A DNA stretch of 64,000 nucleotides from assembly GCA_964229355.1 (NCBI GenBank), contig CAXRDE010000005.1, positions 229,131 to 293,130 of the forward strand, written 5' to 3'. Origin of the DNA: Candidatus Sericytochromatia bacterium (GTDB lineage: Bacteria > Cyanobacteriota > Sericytochromatia > UBA7694). Position 1 is the stretch's first letter, and each line of letters starts with the position of its first letter. Of this stretch, positions 38,793-48,915 are shown piece after piece. Position numbers and translations under genes: made by a program. Under the pieces are notes generated by a model. The model had not been told where the DNA came from, searched no databases, and saw only the letters and a program-made list of their open reading frames with translations.

Positions 38793-40028
38793 TCAAGCTT
38801 TTTCTCCGGGATTGTGATAGGGATGACTGGCTCGCAAAAAATCCACCAATTGCCCCTGATGCTCAATCCATAAGGCTTGATAAGGCAATTGTCGTCGCTC
38901 AATCTCCTGGTAAATATCGTGGGCCCGCCACTGGGGTGGAATGACTATGTGAGCGGGTTCACGGTGTTCAAGGGTCTGGGGATCATGAATTTTGTAAGCT
39001 GTGCCCGGCACAAAGGTCCCCACTTTATCGGAGTCAGAGTCCACCACATAGAGATGAGCCTGGGTTAAGCGAAAGTGATGAATAAAGGCAGCTGCTTTAC
39101 CCGTCCCCCCCCAGACCACCACGGGAGCTCCGGCATCCAGGTCAAGAAACATACGGTGCACCTGCGCCTGGGAACACTCGGTTTGACGGGTGAAGCTGAG
39201 GGTTTCACTTACCAATTGACGGGTTTGATGATCTTCTAAGGAGACCAAACCATAAATGACTTCGTCGTTGTAGCCCAGCTCCACAAAGCGCACCTGACCC
39301 GGCAATTGGCTAAGTAAAGTACGAAATGAGTGTTGGGTAAAATGGGAGTTGTGCTCATAATACAGATCTTCAATACGACCGTAGGCCAGCACCCGGTCAA
39401 TACAAGGCACCTCAAAACAAAGGGAGCTGTGGATGCCGTGTACAGCACTGTAGAAGGCAATTTCTTGCACAAAAGCCAGCGGATTCATGAGGTGCTCTAA
39501 CACATGACGGCTCAGCACCAGATCCGGGCGCAAATCAGCCATGTGCTGTGCAGGCACAAACAGCTCGGCCCGGCGCTCAATACGATCGTACTGTGCGGCG
39601 TGATCTGGATTTTGATTGGGGTCAAAACCAATAAAACGCCCGGAAGGACAGGCCTCAGCCAGCGCTTGCAAAAAAGCGCCTTCGCCACAGCCAATTTCGA
39701 CCACCACAGGGTTTGCTGGCAGATAGGCCCGTAATTTTTGGATCAAATGCTGGGTATGCGCCTGCCACAAGGGACTTGCATTGTACATGCGATTGGGGTG
39801 ATCAATATACGGTACTTCGGCGTAGGAAAAGTCGCGGTTATAAATATGACCGCAGCGCACACAACGCACGAAGTAAAGCGAAAAACGCGCCAGGGCCAGA
39901 GAGGCTTCGGCACTCTCTGGCCAGGCCAAAGTCGCTAGCGGCTGCTGTTGCCCATCAAATGCTGGCATGGCCCATAAAAAGCCACAAGCCAGGCAGTTGT
40001 GCTGCAAGAGCGCCGGTAAGGAACTCAT
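38793..40028 (-). CDS. Class I SAM-dependent methyltransferase of the sugar C-methyltransferase type, with an N-terminal zinc-ribbon domain.
   Basis: It has the N-terminal CLACGF...CVRCGH motif and the SAM motif VVEIGCGEGAF. Size is about 410 aa. It overlaps the nuoI stop by 4 bp. Confidence 0.65.
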   Translation of the reverse strand: MSSLPALLQHNCLACGFLWAMPAFDGQQQPLATLAWPESAEASLALARFSLYFVRCVRCGHIYNRDFSYAEVPYIDHPNRMYNASPLWQAHTQHLIQKLRAYLPANPVVVEIGCGEGAFLQALAEACPSGRFIGFDPNQNPDHAAQYDRIERRAELFVPAQHMADLRPDLVLSRHVLEHLMNPLAFVQEIAFYSAVHGIHSSLCFEVPCIDRVLAYGRIEDLYYEHNSHFTQHSFRTLLSQLPGQVRFVELGYNDEVIYGLVSLEDHQTRQLVSETLSFTRQTECSQAQVHRMFLDLDAGAPVVVWGGTGKAAAFIHHFRLTQAHLYVVDSDSDKVGTFVPGTAYKIHDPQTLEHREPAHIVIPPQWRAHDIYQEIERRQLPYQALWIEHQGQLVDFLRASHPYHNPGEKA

Positions 40029-40612
40029 GAGGCCGATGAGCCACCCGGATGGTACATCTGAGGTTGCGCGCTTTCAGGCAGCGGGGGCATCCCCTGTTTG
40101 GGACGGGCTTCGCTGGGATCTTGCGGCTCAATTTGCAATAATTGCTCTTTGTTGATCACAAAGTCTTCACGCTTGGTGGCAAAAATCGTGTAAATGCCAG
40201 AATCCATACGAATCGCATCACAAGGACAGGCTTCTACGCAATACCCACAGTAGACACAGCGCAGTAAGTCAATTTCAAAGGTTTGCGGAAACTTTTCAAT
40301 GCTGTCGTTATCGTGTTCGGCGGCCTCAATATGAATACAATTGGCGGGGCACACAGTGGCACACATCATACAGGCCACACATTTGACACTGCCATCGTCG
40401 CGCTGGGTCAAGCGGTGCTTACCGCGATACCCCTTGGGCATGACCTTCTTTTTATCGGGGTACTCCACCACGGGCATTTTGGCACCGCCAATGAGGTTGG
40501 CCAATAGGTGCTTCAGGGTGATGCTCATGCCCTGGAAAATGGGCAATAAATAGGTGCGCTCCCAAAAATTGAGCGCTTCTCGCTTCACTTTTCTTACAGG
40601 TACGTCTTTCAT
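40025..40612 (-). CDS. nuoI: NADH-quinone oxidoreductase subunit I (2x[4Fe-4S]).
   Basis: The two cluster motifs are CVACMMCATVCP and CVYCGYCVEACP. Confidence 0.85.
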   Translation of the reverse strand: MKDVPVRKVKREALNFWERTYLLPIFQGMSITLKHLLANLIGGAKMPVVEYPDKKKVMPKGYRGKHRLTQRDDGSVKCVACMMCATVCPANCIHIEAAEHDNDSIEKFPQTFEIDLLRCVYCGYCVEACPCDAIRMDSGIYTIFATKREDFVINKEQLLQIEPQDPSEARPKQGMPPLPESAQPQMYHPGGSSAS

Positions 40613-41910
40613 GAGTTAAAGCCTCCGGTCAGGTAAATCATGATGCCAGTAATTAAAATATTGGCCAAAGCCACTGGCAACAAAGACTTCCACCCTAAAA
40701 ACATCAGTTGATCGTAACGGAAGCGTGGCAAGGTCCAACGCACCCAAATAAACACAATACACATCAGCATGGTTTTGACAGCAAAAGTACCCACTTGCAT
40801 CAGTGCCGCAAACAAAGGACCGCCCCAGGCCTGAGGAAAAGGAATCAGAAAGGCCAGGCCCAGGGTAAGAAAAGCCCCCAATGCAGCCAGACTCAACACC
40901 ACCGCATAGACCAGTGACTCTTTATCTCGCATGTCGCCATAATACCCATCGTTGCGTTTGAAAGCACGGTAGGCCCAGAGCGCCAGCAGGGCCAGCACGA
41001 CACCTGCTCCGCCAATGACCACTTTGCTTAAGACGGCCGCATTGGCCACCAGCGTTGCCGTATCTAAAAAGGGAATTTGCCAGCCGCCAAAGAAGAGGGT
41101 AATAATCATGGCGGAAGCCACCACCATGGCCACGTACTCCGCCATAAAAAAGGTGCCAAACAGCATGCCGCTGTACTCGGTATGAAAGCCCGCCACCAGC
41201 TCTGATTCGCCTTCGGCCAGGTCAAAGGGGGCGCGGTTGGTTTCAGCAAAGGCACAAATAATAAAAACAATGGCAGCCAGAGGTTGAATAAAAATGCCCC
41301 AGCGCGGTAAAAAGCCAAAGATTAGCTCGCCCTGTTGCTGCACAATATCGTTCAGGTGCACGGTACCAAAAGCCATAATTAAGCCAATCACCGAAAGCCC
41401 TAAAGGCAATTCATAAGAAATCAGCTGGGCGCTGGAACGCACGCCGCCCAGCAGCGAATATTTATTGTTCGAAGCCCAACCTGCCAACACCACACCGTAG
41501 ACCATCAGCGAGGTCATGGCGAAGTACCACAACAAGCCCGCATCAATGTTTAAGGCCTGCATCGAAATACTCCAGCCCGGCAAGTGAATCACATCAGCAA
41601 AGGGCACCACAGGCAGCACGATCAAAGAAACAGCGGCAATAATCACGGGCGCAGCCAAATAGTGAAACATACGCACGTTGCGCGGAATCAATTGCTCTTT
41701 GGAGAGCATTTTAAAGGTGTCGGCAAACAAATGCACCAATCCACCCAAACGAATAAAGCCAATGGCCGCACGGTTGGGACCCGGACGATCCTGAATTAAG
41801 GCGGAAACTTTACGTTCTAACCACACCAATAAAGGCACCAAAGACAGAGGGAACAAAACAAACACAAGGACCTTGACCAGGACCACCAGTACTTCAATCA
41901 ACGAGCTCAT
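40609..41910 (-). CDS. nuoH: NADH-quinone oxidoreductase subunit H.
   Basis: It has the ND1/NuoH conserved N-terminus ERKVSALIQDRPGPNR...LFADTFKMLSKE. Confidence 0.9.
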   Translation of the reverse strand: MSSLIEVLVVLVKVLVFVLFPLSLVPLLVWLERKVSALIQDRPGPNRAAIGFIRLGGLVHLFADTFKMLSKEQLIPRNVRMFHYLAAPVIIAAVSLIVLPVVPFADVIHLPGWSISMQALNIDAGLLWYFAMTSLMVYGVVLAGWASNNKYSLLGGVRSSAQLISYELPLGLSVIGLIMAFGTVHLNDIVQQQGELIFGFLPRWGIFIQPLAAIVFIICAFAETNRAPFDLAEGESELVAGFHTEYSGMLFGTFFMAEYVAMVVASAMIITLFFGGWQIPFLDTATLVANAAVLSKVVIGGAGVVLALLALWAYRAFKRNDGYYGDMRDKESLVYAVVLSLAALGAFLTLGLAFLIPFPQAWGGPLFAALMQVGTFAVKTMLMCIVFIWVRWTLPRFRYDQLMFLGWKSLLPVALANILITGIMIYLTGGFNS

Positions 41911-43505
41911 GCGTTCACCTCCACGGGCGCTTCTTCAGCCACCGGCTCGGGGGGCACCAAAGACAAGCCCGTATCTGGGATCTCATAAAAGGTTAACGCC
42001 GCCAGGCGTTCGACCTTGGTATTCATGAGACTCCAGACGTCTTCGACATCCTGGTACAAAGGCGCGGCGGTCAGCACCGGCGCAAACATGCCCGCAATCA
42101 GTTTCCAGGCAGGACGAGCTGAAGAGAGGGCAAAATAAGCCTGATTGACCTTTTGCAAGCGCTGCTCACCGTTGATATACGTGGCGTCTTGCTCGGCATG
42201 AGCCGTGATGGGCAAGGTGACATCGGCTTCTAAAGCCAGGGTGGTTTGATGCACACCCAAATGAATGACCTGCTTATTCACAAGAAGTTTGCGCAACGCT
42301 TCGCTGTCCGCGTCCAGGCTAATGACCAGTTTCACTTCATCATTCTGCAGTTCAGACTCCAGCACCGCACGGTTTCTCGAGATGTCGAGCAGTTTTAAAC
42401 CGGCGGTATTGGGGGTCTTATCGGCAGTGCGTAAAAAGTCATCCCCTTCTCCCACATGCTCATAATTATGGCTGTACACCGCTTCAGAGCCCACGCCTTG
42501 CAGCATGAGGTGTTTGAGCATAAAGTTATCTTCTAAAGAAGCCGTTGAACTGGCCACCGCCACAATGGCGTTTTTACCGTGGGTTTGCAGGGTGGACTGA
42601 ATCAGCTCTGCGGCAGCCACCACGGCGGCCTCCACGGCACATTCAGCGCCTTTTTTCATGGCAATGTCTAAGCGATTTTCGTGGAGCGCCTTGTAACTCA
42701 GGCGGCCCTCATCACACATCCACCATTCGTTGACCTCAGCATTGTAGCGAGGGCGGTAGCGATAGGTGGTGGCGTTATCAAAATCCAGATAGACATTACA
42801 CCCTTTTGAGCAGCCCGTGCACAAAGAGGTGGTGGTGGATAAAAACCATACCCGCTTTTTAAAGCGAAAGTCTTTACTGGTCAAAGCCCCCACAGGACAA
42901 ATATCGACGACGTTGGCGGAATAAGGGTTATCGAGCTCGCGACCGGGGAAGGTATCAATGCGGCTTTTTTCACCCCGTTGGGTGATCACCAGTTCGTGGG
43001 TGCCGGTCACTTCATCGCAGAAGCGCACACAGCGAGAGCAGAGAATACAGCGCTCCTGATCCAGTTTGACCAGAGGTCCTACATCCACGGCCTTGGCCTT
43101 GTGAACTTTGGGTACCGTCGAACGGTTGGTATAAAGACCGTAGTCCATATAATAGTCTTGCAGTCCGCACTCGCCAGCCTGATCACAGATCGGACAGTCA
43201 ATGGGGTGGTTCAACAGCAAGAACTCCATGACACCCTGGCGCATTTTTTTGACATTGTCATTTTCCACCAGGAACTCCATGCCGTCGCCCACCATGGTAT
43301 TACACGCAATGGTGGCCATGACACCCCGTGGACCCTTTTGTTCCACAAGGCACATACGGCAGTTCCCGGAGACGCTTAAGCCGGGGTGATAGCAATAGTG
43401 CGGAATCGTAATTCCGACACTGGCAGCGGCCTGAATAAGATTTTGGCCTGCTTCAACTTCATATTCAACATCATCTATTTTAATGGTGGGCATGGCTGAA
43501 ATCAA
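41907..43505 (-). CDS. nuoG: NADH-quinone oxidoreductase subunit G (the short 532-aa form).
   Basis: It has an N-terminal 2Fe-2S ferredoxin domain and Fe-S cysteine motifs, and couples to nuoH. Confidence 0.85.
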   Translation of the reverse strand: MISAMPTIKIDDVEYEVEAGQNLIQAAASVGITIPHYCYHPGLSVSGNCRMCLVEQKGPRGVMATIACNTMVGDGMEFLVENDNVKKMRQGVMEFLLLNHPIDCPICDQAGECGLQDYYMDYGLYTNRSTVPKVHKAKAVDVGPLVKLDQERCILCSRCVRFCDEVTGTHELVITQRGEKSRIDTFPGRELDNPYSANVVDICPVGALTSKDFRFKKRVWFLSTTTSLCTGCSKGCNVYLDFDNATTYRYRPRYNAEVNEWWMCDEGRLSYKALHENRLDIAMKKGAECAVEAAVVAAAELIQSTLQTHGKNAIVAVASSTASLEDNFMLKHLMLQGVGSEAVYSHNYEHVGEGDDFLRTADKTPNTAGLKLLDISRNRAVLESELQNDEVKLVISLDADSEALRKLLVNKQVIHLGVHQTTLALEADVTLPITAHAEQDATYINGEQRLQKVNQAYFALSSARPAWKLIAGMFAPVLTAAPLYQDVEDVWSLMNTKVERLAALTFYEIPDTGLSLVPPEPVAEEAPVEVNA

Positions 43506-43600
43506 TCTTTTCTTTAACTTCTGATTAAGTCGAACCCCATTCTAACACAGGATCAGGATCAAACTGTGTGAGAATGGGGAACAACGGCAGCATCAGGGCT

Positions 43601-45556
43601 TTAGAAACCTTTGCGGTGCTGCTTCTTATTTTTTTTACGCGGGGGTTTATCGTGGGCAAATTTTCCCCGTTTTGGCAAGGGGGGCAGCTTGCTACGGCGC
43701 GGAGGACGGCCACTCTTTTCGCGTTCTCCGCCATAGCTATTGCCACCACCACCGGTGTCACGGCGTAAGCGCAGGGGTTGACCCGACACTTCGGTTTTAG
43801 ACAGCGATTGCAAAAGCTCTTTTTCTTGTGCCTGAGGAAGATCCACCAGACTAAAGTCTGTGAAAATTTTAATGCGTCCAATACGCCGGCTGTGAATATT
43901 ACCTTCGTTGGCAATGGCCCCTACGATTTGACTGGGGTTGGCGCCATGACGGCGGCCCACTTCCACACGATAGGTCACAAGGCCTTTGTCTAAATCTTCG
44001 CGATCTTCACGGCTGGTGGCCGCTTTTTTGCGACTCTTCTTATTCAGCAGTGCTTTTTCTACGGGCTCAGACACTTCTGGCGGATCAGGAGGCAATAAAA
44101 AGCCTTTTCCACCCTGTGCCAGGTAAGCCAGTGCACCAGCCACCTCTTCGAGTTCCACGTCGTTTTCACGCACGTATTCCATGACCATGTATTTAAAGAA
44201 ATCAATGTCTTTTTCAAGGGAGCGGGTGATCTGGCTTTCAAAACGTTGAATCCGCTTCTGGTTAATGGACTCCGCATCAGGCAGCTCTAAGGTCTCAAAG
44301 GTAGACCCCGCATGACTTTGTAAGTTGCGCAGCAAGTGCATTTCACTGCGGTTCACAAAGAGAATGGCGTCACCCGTACGTCCGGCACGGCCCGTACGGC
44401 CAATCCGGTGCACATAGGACTCGCGGTCAAAGGGAATATCGTAGTTGATGACGTGGCTAATACGCTGTACATCAAGACCTCGGGCCGCCACATCGGTGGC
44501 CACCACAATGTCTAGCTTACCGCTACGCAAACGCTCCACGGTATGCTCCCGCTGGTTTTGAGGCATATCTCCATTCAACGGTGCCGAAGAGAGACCTTTG
44601 TTGGCCAGGAAGTCAGAAACCTTCACGGTATCTGATTTGGTGCGCACGAAAATCAAAACGCCGTCGGTATCTTCACCTTCCAGCAGACGGACCAGGGCCG
44701 TGCGCTTATCAAAACCACGCACCAGCCACCAGCGTTGGCGAATGGTATCTGCGGTCAACTGTTTGGATTCAATATGAATTTCCACAGGGTTTTCGAGGTA
44801 TTTACGGGCCAGGCGGTGAATAGCGCTGGGCATGGTAGCTGAAAACAAAGCCAGTTGGCGCTCATCGGGAATTTGATCCAGCACCCACTCCACGTCTTCA
44901 ATAAAGCCCATACGCAGCATTTCATCGGCTTCATCGAGCACCAGGGTTTGTAGATTATCTACATCTAAAGAGCCCTTGCGCATGTGATCCATCACGCGAC
45001 CGGGGGTACCCACAACGATCTGAGCACCCTGGCGCAGCTGACGCAGTTGGCTCTCGTAGCCCTGGCCACCGTAAAGGGTGGCCATACGTAAACCTGATAA
45101 GCCGTGGCCATAGGTGGAAAAAGCTTCAGACACCTGAATCGCCAACTCACGGGTGGGGGTGAGCACGAGAATTTGAGGGTGCTTGAGTTTGGTGTTTAAA
45201 CCCGCCAGCAAAGGCAGAGCAAAAGCGGCCGTTTTACCGGTACCTGTTTGGGCCTGTCCCAACACATCGCGACCCGACAAAACGTGGGGAATCATGGCTT
45301 CCTGAATGGGGGTGGGCTCGGTATAGCCAGAATTTTCAATGGCAGCTAAAATGGAAGCAGGTAAATCAAATTGCGCAAAACCTTTGGCTTTCTCTACAGG
45401 AGCCTCTGTAACGACGACAGACTGGGTCACGGGCTCACTGGGTTCAAAGGTGCGGGGGGCGGCCATACCCAGAGGGGTAGGCGCAGCGGCAGGTGCAGCG
45501 TTATCGGCGGCATCAGCCAGGGGGGAATGTAAAGTCATAAAAGTATCCAAAATCAT
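43601..45556 (-). CDS. deaD: DEAD-box ATP-dependent RNA helicase (DeaD/CsdA-like) with a basic C-terminal tail.
   Basis: It has the Q motif, Walker A AQTGTGKT, DEAD, SAT and HRIGRTGRAG motifs. Confidence 0.9.
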   Translation of the reverse strand: MILDTFMTLHSPLADAADNAAPAAAPTPLGMAAPRTFEPSEPVTQSVVVTEAPVEKAKGFAQFDLPASILAAIENSGYTEPTPIQEAMIPHVLSGRDVLGQAQTGTGKTAAFALPLLAGLNTKLKHPQILVLTPTRELAIQVSEAFSTYGHGLSGLRMATLYGGQGYESQLRQLRQGAQIVVGTPGRVMDHMRKGSLDVDNLQTLVLDEADEMLRMGFIEDVEWVLDQIPDERQLALFSATMPSAIHRLARKYLENPVEIHIESKQLTADTIRQRWWLVRGFDKRTALVRLLEGEDTDGVLIFVRTKSDTVKVSDFLANKGLSSAPLNGDMPQNQREHTVERLRSGKLDIVVATDVAARGLDVQRISHVINYDIPFDRESYVHRIGRTGRAGRTGDAILFVNRSEMHLLRNLQSHAGSTFETLELPDAESINQKRIQRFESQITRSLEKDIDFFKYMVMEYVRENDVELEEVAGALAYLAQGGKGFLLPPDPPEVSEPVEKALLNKKSRKKAATSREDREDLDKGLVTYRVEVGRRHGANPSQIVGAIANEGNIHSRRIGRIKIFTDFSLVDLPQAQEKELLQSLSKTEVSGQPLRLRRDTGGGGNSYGGEREKSGRPPRRSKLPPLPKRGKFAHDKPPRKKNKKQHRKGF

Positions 45557-45634
45557 ATAAAAAATACTGAAAGCGTTTGCTTAGAAATTAAAATAGGGTG
45601 AAAAAGTTCTGTGACAACAGGTTTTCAGATATAT

Positions 45635-47032
45635 TCAGCTTAACACATTGCGAGGGTGCCCGATAGCAGATACAAAGAAGCGAAAGAAACGGCGAGCCAG
45701 AAGCAAGCCGGCACTCATCAGCCCCAAAATAAAGCCGATCCATAAACCTCTGGCCCCCCAGTGCAACCCAAAGCCCAAAAAGACCCCGGCCCCCAGGCCA
45801 ATGCCCCAATAGCAGAAAAAACCGATCCACATCGGCACCCAGGTGTCTTTAAGTCCCCGCAGCCCCCCCTGGGACGTGACTTGCAGGGCATCAAACACCT
45901 GAAACAAGGCCGCCAGGCGCAACAAATGCACCCCCAGATCCAACACCGCCTGGTTTTCGGGCTTTGAAAGATCCAGATACAAACCCAAAATCGCCGTGGG
46001 AAACACCCAAAAAACCAGGCCCGCCAGCCCCATAAACACAACCCCCAACGCCATGCCAATGCCTCCCGCGCGGCGGGCTTTGGGAAGGTCTTCTGCGCCT
46101 ACAGCAGCACCCACCCGCACCGTGGTGGCATAGGAGACCCCCAGGGCGCACATAAAGGTCAGCGAAGCCACATTTAAAGCGATCTGGTGAGCAGCCACCG
46201 CCGTGGCGCTGATATAACCCATCAACAGGGTCATGCCCGCAAACAGCCCCACTTCAGAAAGCATCACCAATCCCACCGGCACGCCCGTGCGCAAAAGACG
46301 CTGCAGCACCGCCCAGGAAGCGCGCTGCCATTGCTGCACCAGCCTATAGGCCCGGAGACGTCTATCCCACACCACAAATACAGCCAGCATGGCTAGCATC
46401 CATAAAGTGGTGAGTGCGGTGGCCCAACCGGTACCGGCGACCCCCAGGGGCGTAAACCACCGGGACTCACCCCAGCCCCCAAACATTAAAGTTTGATTGG
46501 CCACAATATTAAAGGCAATGCCACTGAGCGAAATACACAAACCAGGTAAAGGCCGCGAAAGGCTGTCCAGGGTGGTTTTAAATACCCCCAGCACCAGCGC
46601 GGGAATAAGACTCCAACGCACCGCCAGCAAATAGGCTTCGGCTTTTTCTACCAGCGCCTCGGGTTGCCCCACAAGACGCAGCAGATCCGGGCTAAAGGTC
46701 AGTAACAGGGTGGCCGGGACCCCTAAAAAAACCGCCAAATACAAGCCCTGCTGAAAAAAGCTGCGGGTTTCTGAGGTGGCATCACCATGGCCTTCTGAGG
46801 CCGAAATAAAGGCCGAAATAATGCCCACAATACCCAACAGGGGAATCAAGATAGCCGCCAGCACCGCGGAGCCGAGACCCACCCCCGCAAGGGAGGTGGC
46901 GCCCAGACGGCCACACATCATATTGTCCACCACCTGCAGCGCAATCTGAGCCAGCTGGGCCCCGGCAATGGGCAAAGCCAGTGTCACAGTGGCCTTTACT
47001 TCCGTGGGCCAGAGCGAGGGTGTGGCGGTCAT
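45635..47032 (-). CDS. MATE-family multidrug efflux transporter.
   Basis: It has 12 predicted transmembrane segments and a MATE-like internal duplication. Confidence 0.7.
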   Translation of the reverse strand: MTATPSLWPTEVKATVTLALPIAGAQLAQIALQVVDNMMCGRLGATSLAGVGLGSAVLAAILIPLLGIVGIISAFISASEGHGDATSETRSFFQQGLYLAVFLGVPATLLLTFSPDLLRLVGQPEALVEKAEAYLLAVRWSLIPALVLGVFKTTLDSLSRPLPGLCISLSGIAFNIVANQTLMFGGWGESRWFTPLGVAGTGWATALTTLWMLAMLAVFVVWDRRLRAYRLVQQWQRASWAVLQRLLRTGVPVGLVMLSEVGLFAGMTLLMGYISATAVAAHQIALNVASLTFMCALGVSYATTVRVGAAVGAEDLPKARRAGGIGMALGVVFMGLAGLVFWVFPTAILGLYLDLSKPENQAVLDLGVHLLRLAALFQVFDALQVTSQGGLRGLKDTWVPMWIGFFCYWGIGLGAGVFLGFGLHWGARGLWIGFILGLMSAGLLLARRFFRFFVSAIGHPRNVLS

Positions 47033-48339
47033 GAATGAAAAAGCGCGGCCAGATCAAGGCTGACATGTCGCCCCCGCTTGACCTGCAATTGGCCCTGCAC
47101 GTAAACCGCTGCGATGGTCTCCTGTGGCACCGCCGAAAAAATCAATTGATTCAGCAAAGCCGCCCGATCCACCTGCTGGATCACCGGCAACATACTGGGA
47201 CTGTTCAGATCTACCGCCAAAAAGTCCGCGGGACGGCCGACAGCCAGTGTGCCCGTGTTTAACCCCAGGGCATGGGCCCCGTGGCGATTGGTCATGGCAA
47301 ACAGTTGCTCAGCGGCTACATGCCCCATGGACAACTGCTGGCTGCGTTGCAAATACTCGGCCATGCGGGCTTCTAAAAACAGCGAACTGTCGGTGTTGGC
47401 GTCTGTGCCCAGCGCCACGGGGGTTCCCTGAGCCAAAAGCTCTGGCAGGCGGGCAATTCCGTCTCCGAGGGCCATATTGGTAAGCGGGTTATACACCTGA
47501 CGACAACGGGCCTGGGCCATGCGATCAAGGTCCGCATCATTGAACCAAATCCCGTGCACCACGCAGGTGTCTTGATCTAAAACGCCCCAGTCTTCTAAGC
47601 AGGCCAGTGGACGCATGCCATAGCGGGTATGGGCAAAGTCCGCGTCGCCAGGCTGCTCAGACAAATGAATGTGCCAGGGCGTTCCCAGACGTTTGGCCAG
47701 GGCCGCACCCGCAATAATCAACGCGCGGCTGGCCCCATGAAGCGAATGGGGGGCAGGCAACACCCGAATCAAGGGGTCATCGGCATACTGCTGGGCCAGT
47801 GCTTCGGTTTGGGTAATGGCCTGGTCCAGGGGCTCTTGAAAGCGCCGTTGCCCGGGTTTGGACTGTTGATCGTAGAGGGTGCGGATTAAAGTCATGCGAA
47901 TGCCCACCGCTTTGGCGGCTCGAATCATGGCGCGTGCATAAACCTGTTCGCTGGAGCGGCCGTCGGGCAAGTTATTCACATAGTGGAACTCGCCCACTGT
48001 GGTGATGCCCGCGCGCAGCATTTCATGAAAAACCAGTACCGCCGAAGCAAACAAGCGATCTTCATCCAGCTCCAGCACACAGGGGTACAAAAAGCGATCC
48101 ACCCAATCTTTAAAATGTTGTGGCTGACCGGTGGTGGGCCGCAACAAAACCTGAAACGCATGGCTGTGGGCGTTCACACATCCCGGCAGCACATAGTCAT
48201 AGACCGTCTCAGGGAGGACTTCATCGGGCTCCAGCGCGCGTAACGCTGCTAACTGACCGGTAGCATCTATCTCTAGCACCTGGCCTTCAAGCAGAGCGTC
48301 ACCGGTTTCTAAATAGCGGGCGTAGACACGAGACATCAA
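47029..48339 (-). CDS. hutF: Amidohydrolase, probably formimidoylglutamate deiminase (HutF-like).
   Basis: It has the metal-binding GCVNAHSHAFQ motif. Length is 436 aa. hutI is nearby. Confidence 0.55.
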   Translation of the reverse strand: MMSRVYARYLETGDALLEGQVLEIDATGQLAALRALEPDEVLPETVYDYVLPGCVNAHSHAFQVLLRPTTGQPQHFKDWVDRFLYPCVLELDEDRLFASAVLVFHEMLRAGITTVGEFHYVNNLPDGRSSEQVYARAMIRAAKAVGIRMTLIRTLYDQQSKPGQRRFQEPLDQAITQTEALAQQYADDPLIRVLPAPHSLHGASRALIIAGAALAKRLGTPWHIHLSEQPGDADFAHTRYGMRPLACLEDWGVLDQDTCVVHGIWFNDADLDRMAQARCRQVYNPLTNMALGDGIARLPELLAQGTPVALGTDANTDSSLFLEARMAEYLQRSQQLSMGHVAAEQLFAMTNRHGAHALGLNTGTLAVGRPADFLAVDLNSPSMLPVIQQVDRAALLNQLIFSAVPQETIAAVYVQGQLQVKRGRHVSLDLAALFHS

Positions 48340-48420
48340 GGAGAACCTCCGAAAAGATTAGGATTTGCTAAACTGAACAGCACGTATTCTAGCCCAATCT
48401 CAGCTGCAAAGGAAAGCAAT

Positions 48421-48915
48421 ATGTCAGATTCTGTACAGTATCAATTTGGTTTAAAAATCGGCAACAAAGAAATCCACCTGGGGGGTGACAAAGTCTTTGT
48501 GGAAACCCAGATGGAAAAATGGTTACAACTGTTTCAACAGGAGTTACCCGCCGAACTGCAAGGCGACGGCGCAGAGAGCGGAAGTGCTCCCCAGGGTAAA
48601 TTGGCCGCCCCCCAGCGGGCCATTCCCAGTCTGGCCGAGTTTATTAAAACCAAAAGCCCCAAAGAAATCACCGATATGATTCTGGTGATAGGCCTGTATT
48701 TAGAGCGTTTTAAACAAATGAACCTGTTCAGCCGCACTGACCTGATGGACACCCAAATTTTTGAGCGCCTGGGCAAAAGCGAAACCGACGTCCAGCAAGG
48801 CTTAAACCGCCTGGTGGGCTTAAATATGTTGGGTGAAAGCGCGCCCATGGGCAGCAAAGAAATGAGCTACTCGATCACCTTTACGGGTGAGCAAGCCCTA
48901 AAAGACGGCTTTTAA
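48421..48915 (+). CDS. Hypothetical protein.
   Basis: It is a 164-aa ORF with no recognisable motif. Confidence 0.4.
   Translation: MSDSVQYQFGLKIGNKEIHLGGDKVFVETQMEKWLQLFQQELPAELQGDGAESGSAPQGKLAAPQRAIPSLAEFIKTKSPKEITDMILVIGLYLERFKQMNLFSRTDLMDTQIFERLGKSETDVQQGLNRLVGLNMLGESAPMGSKEMSYSITFTGEQALKDGF

Noticed and set aside
43525-43914. A 129-aa minus-strand ORF between nuoG and deaD.
   Set aside because: It overlaps the deaD C-terminal coding region in another frame. The deaD frame is supported by its motifs.
45718-46151. Cys/Trp/Gly/Arg-rich ORFs inside the MATE transporter gene.
   Set aside because: They are alternate-frame artefacts of a GC-rich membrane-protein gene.
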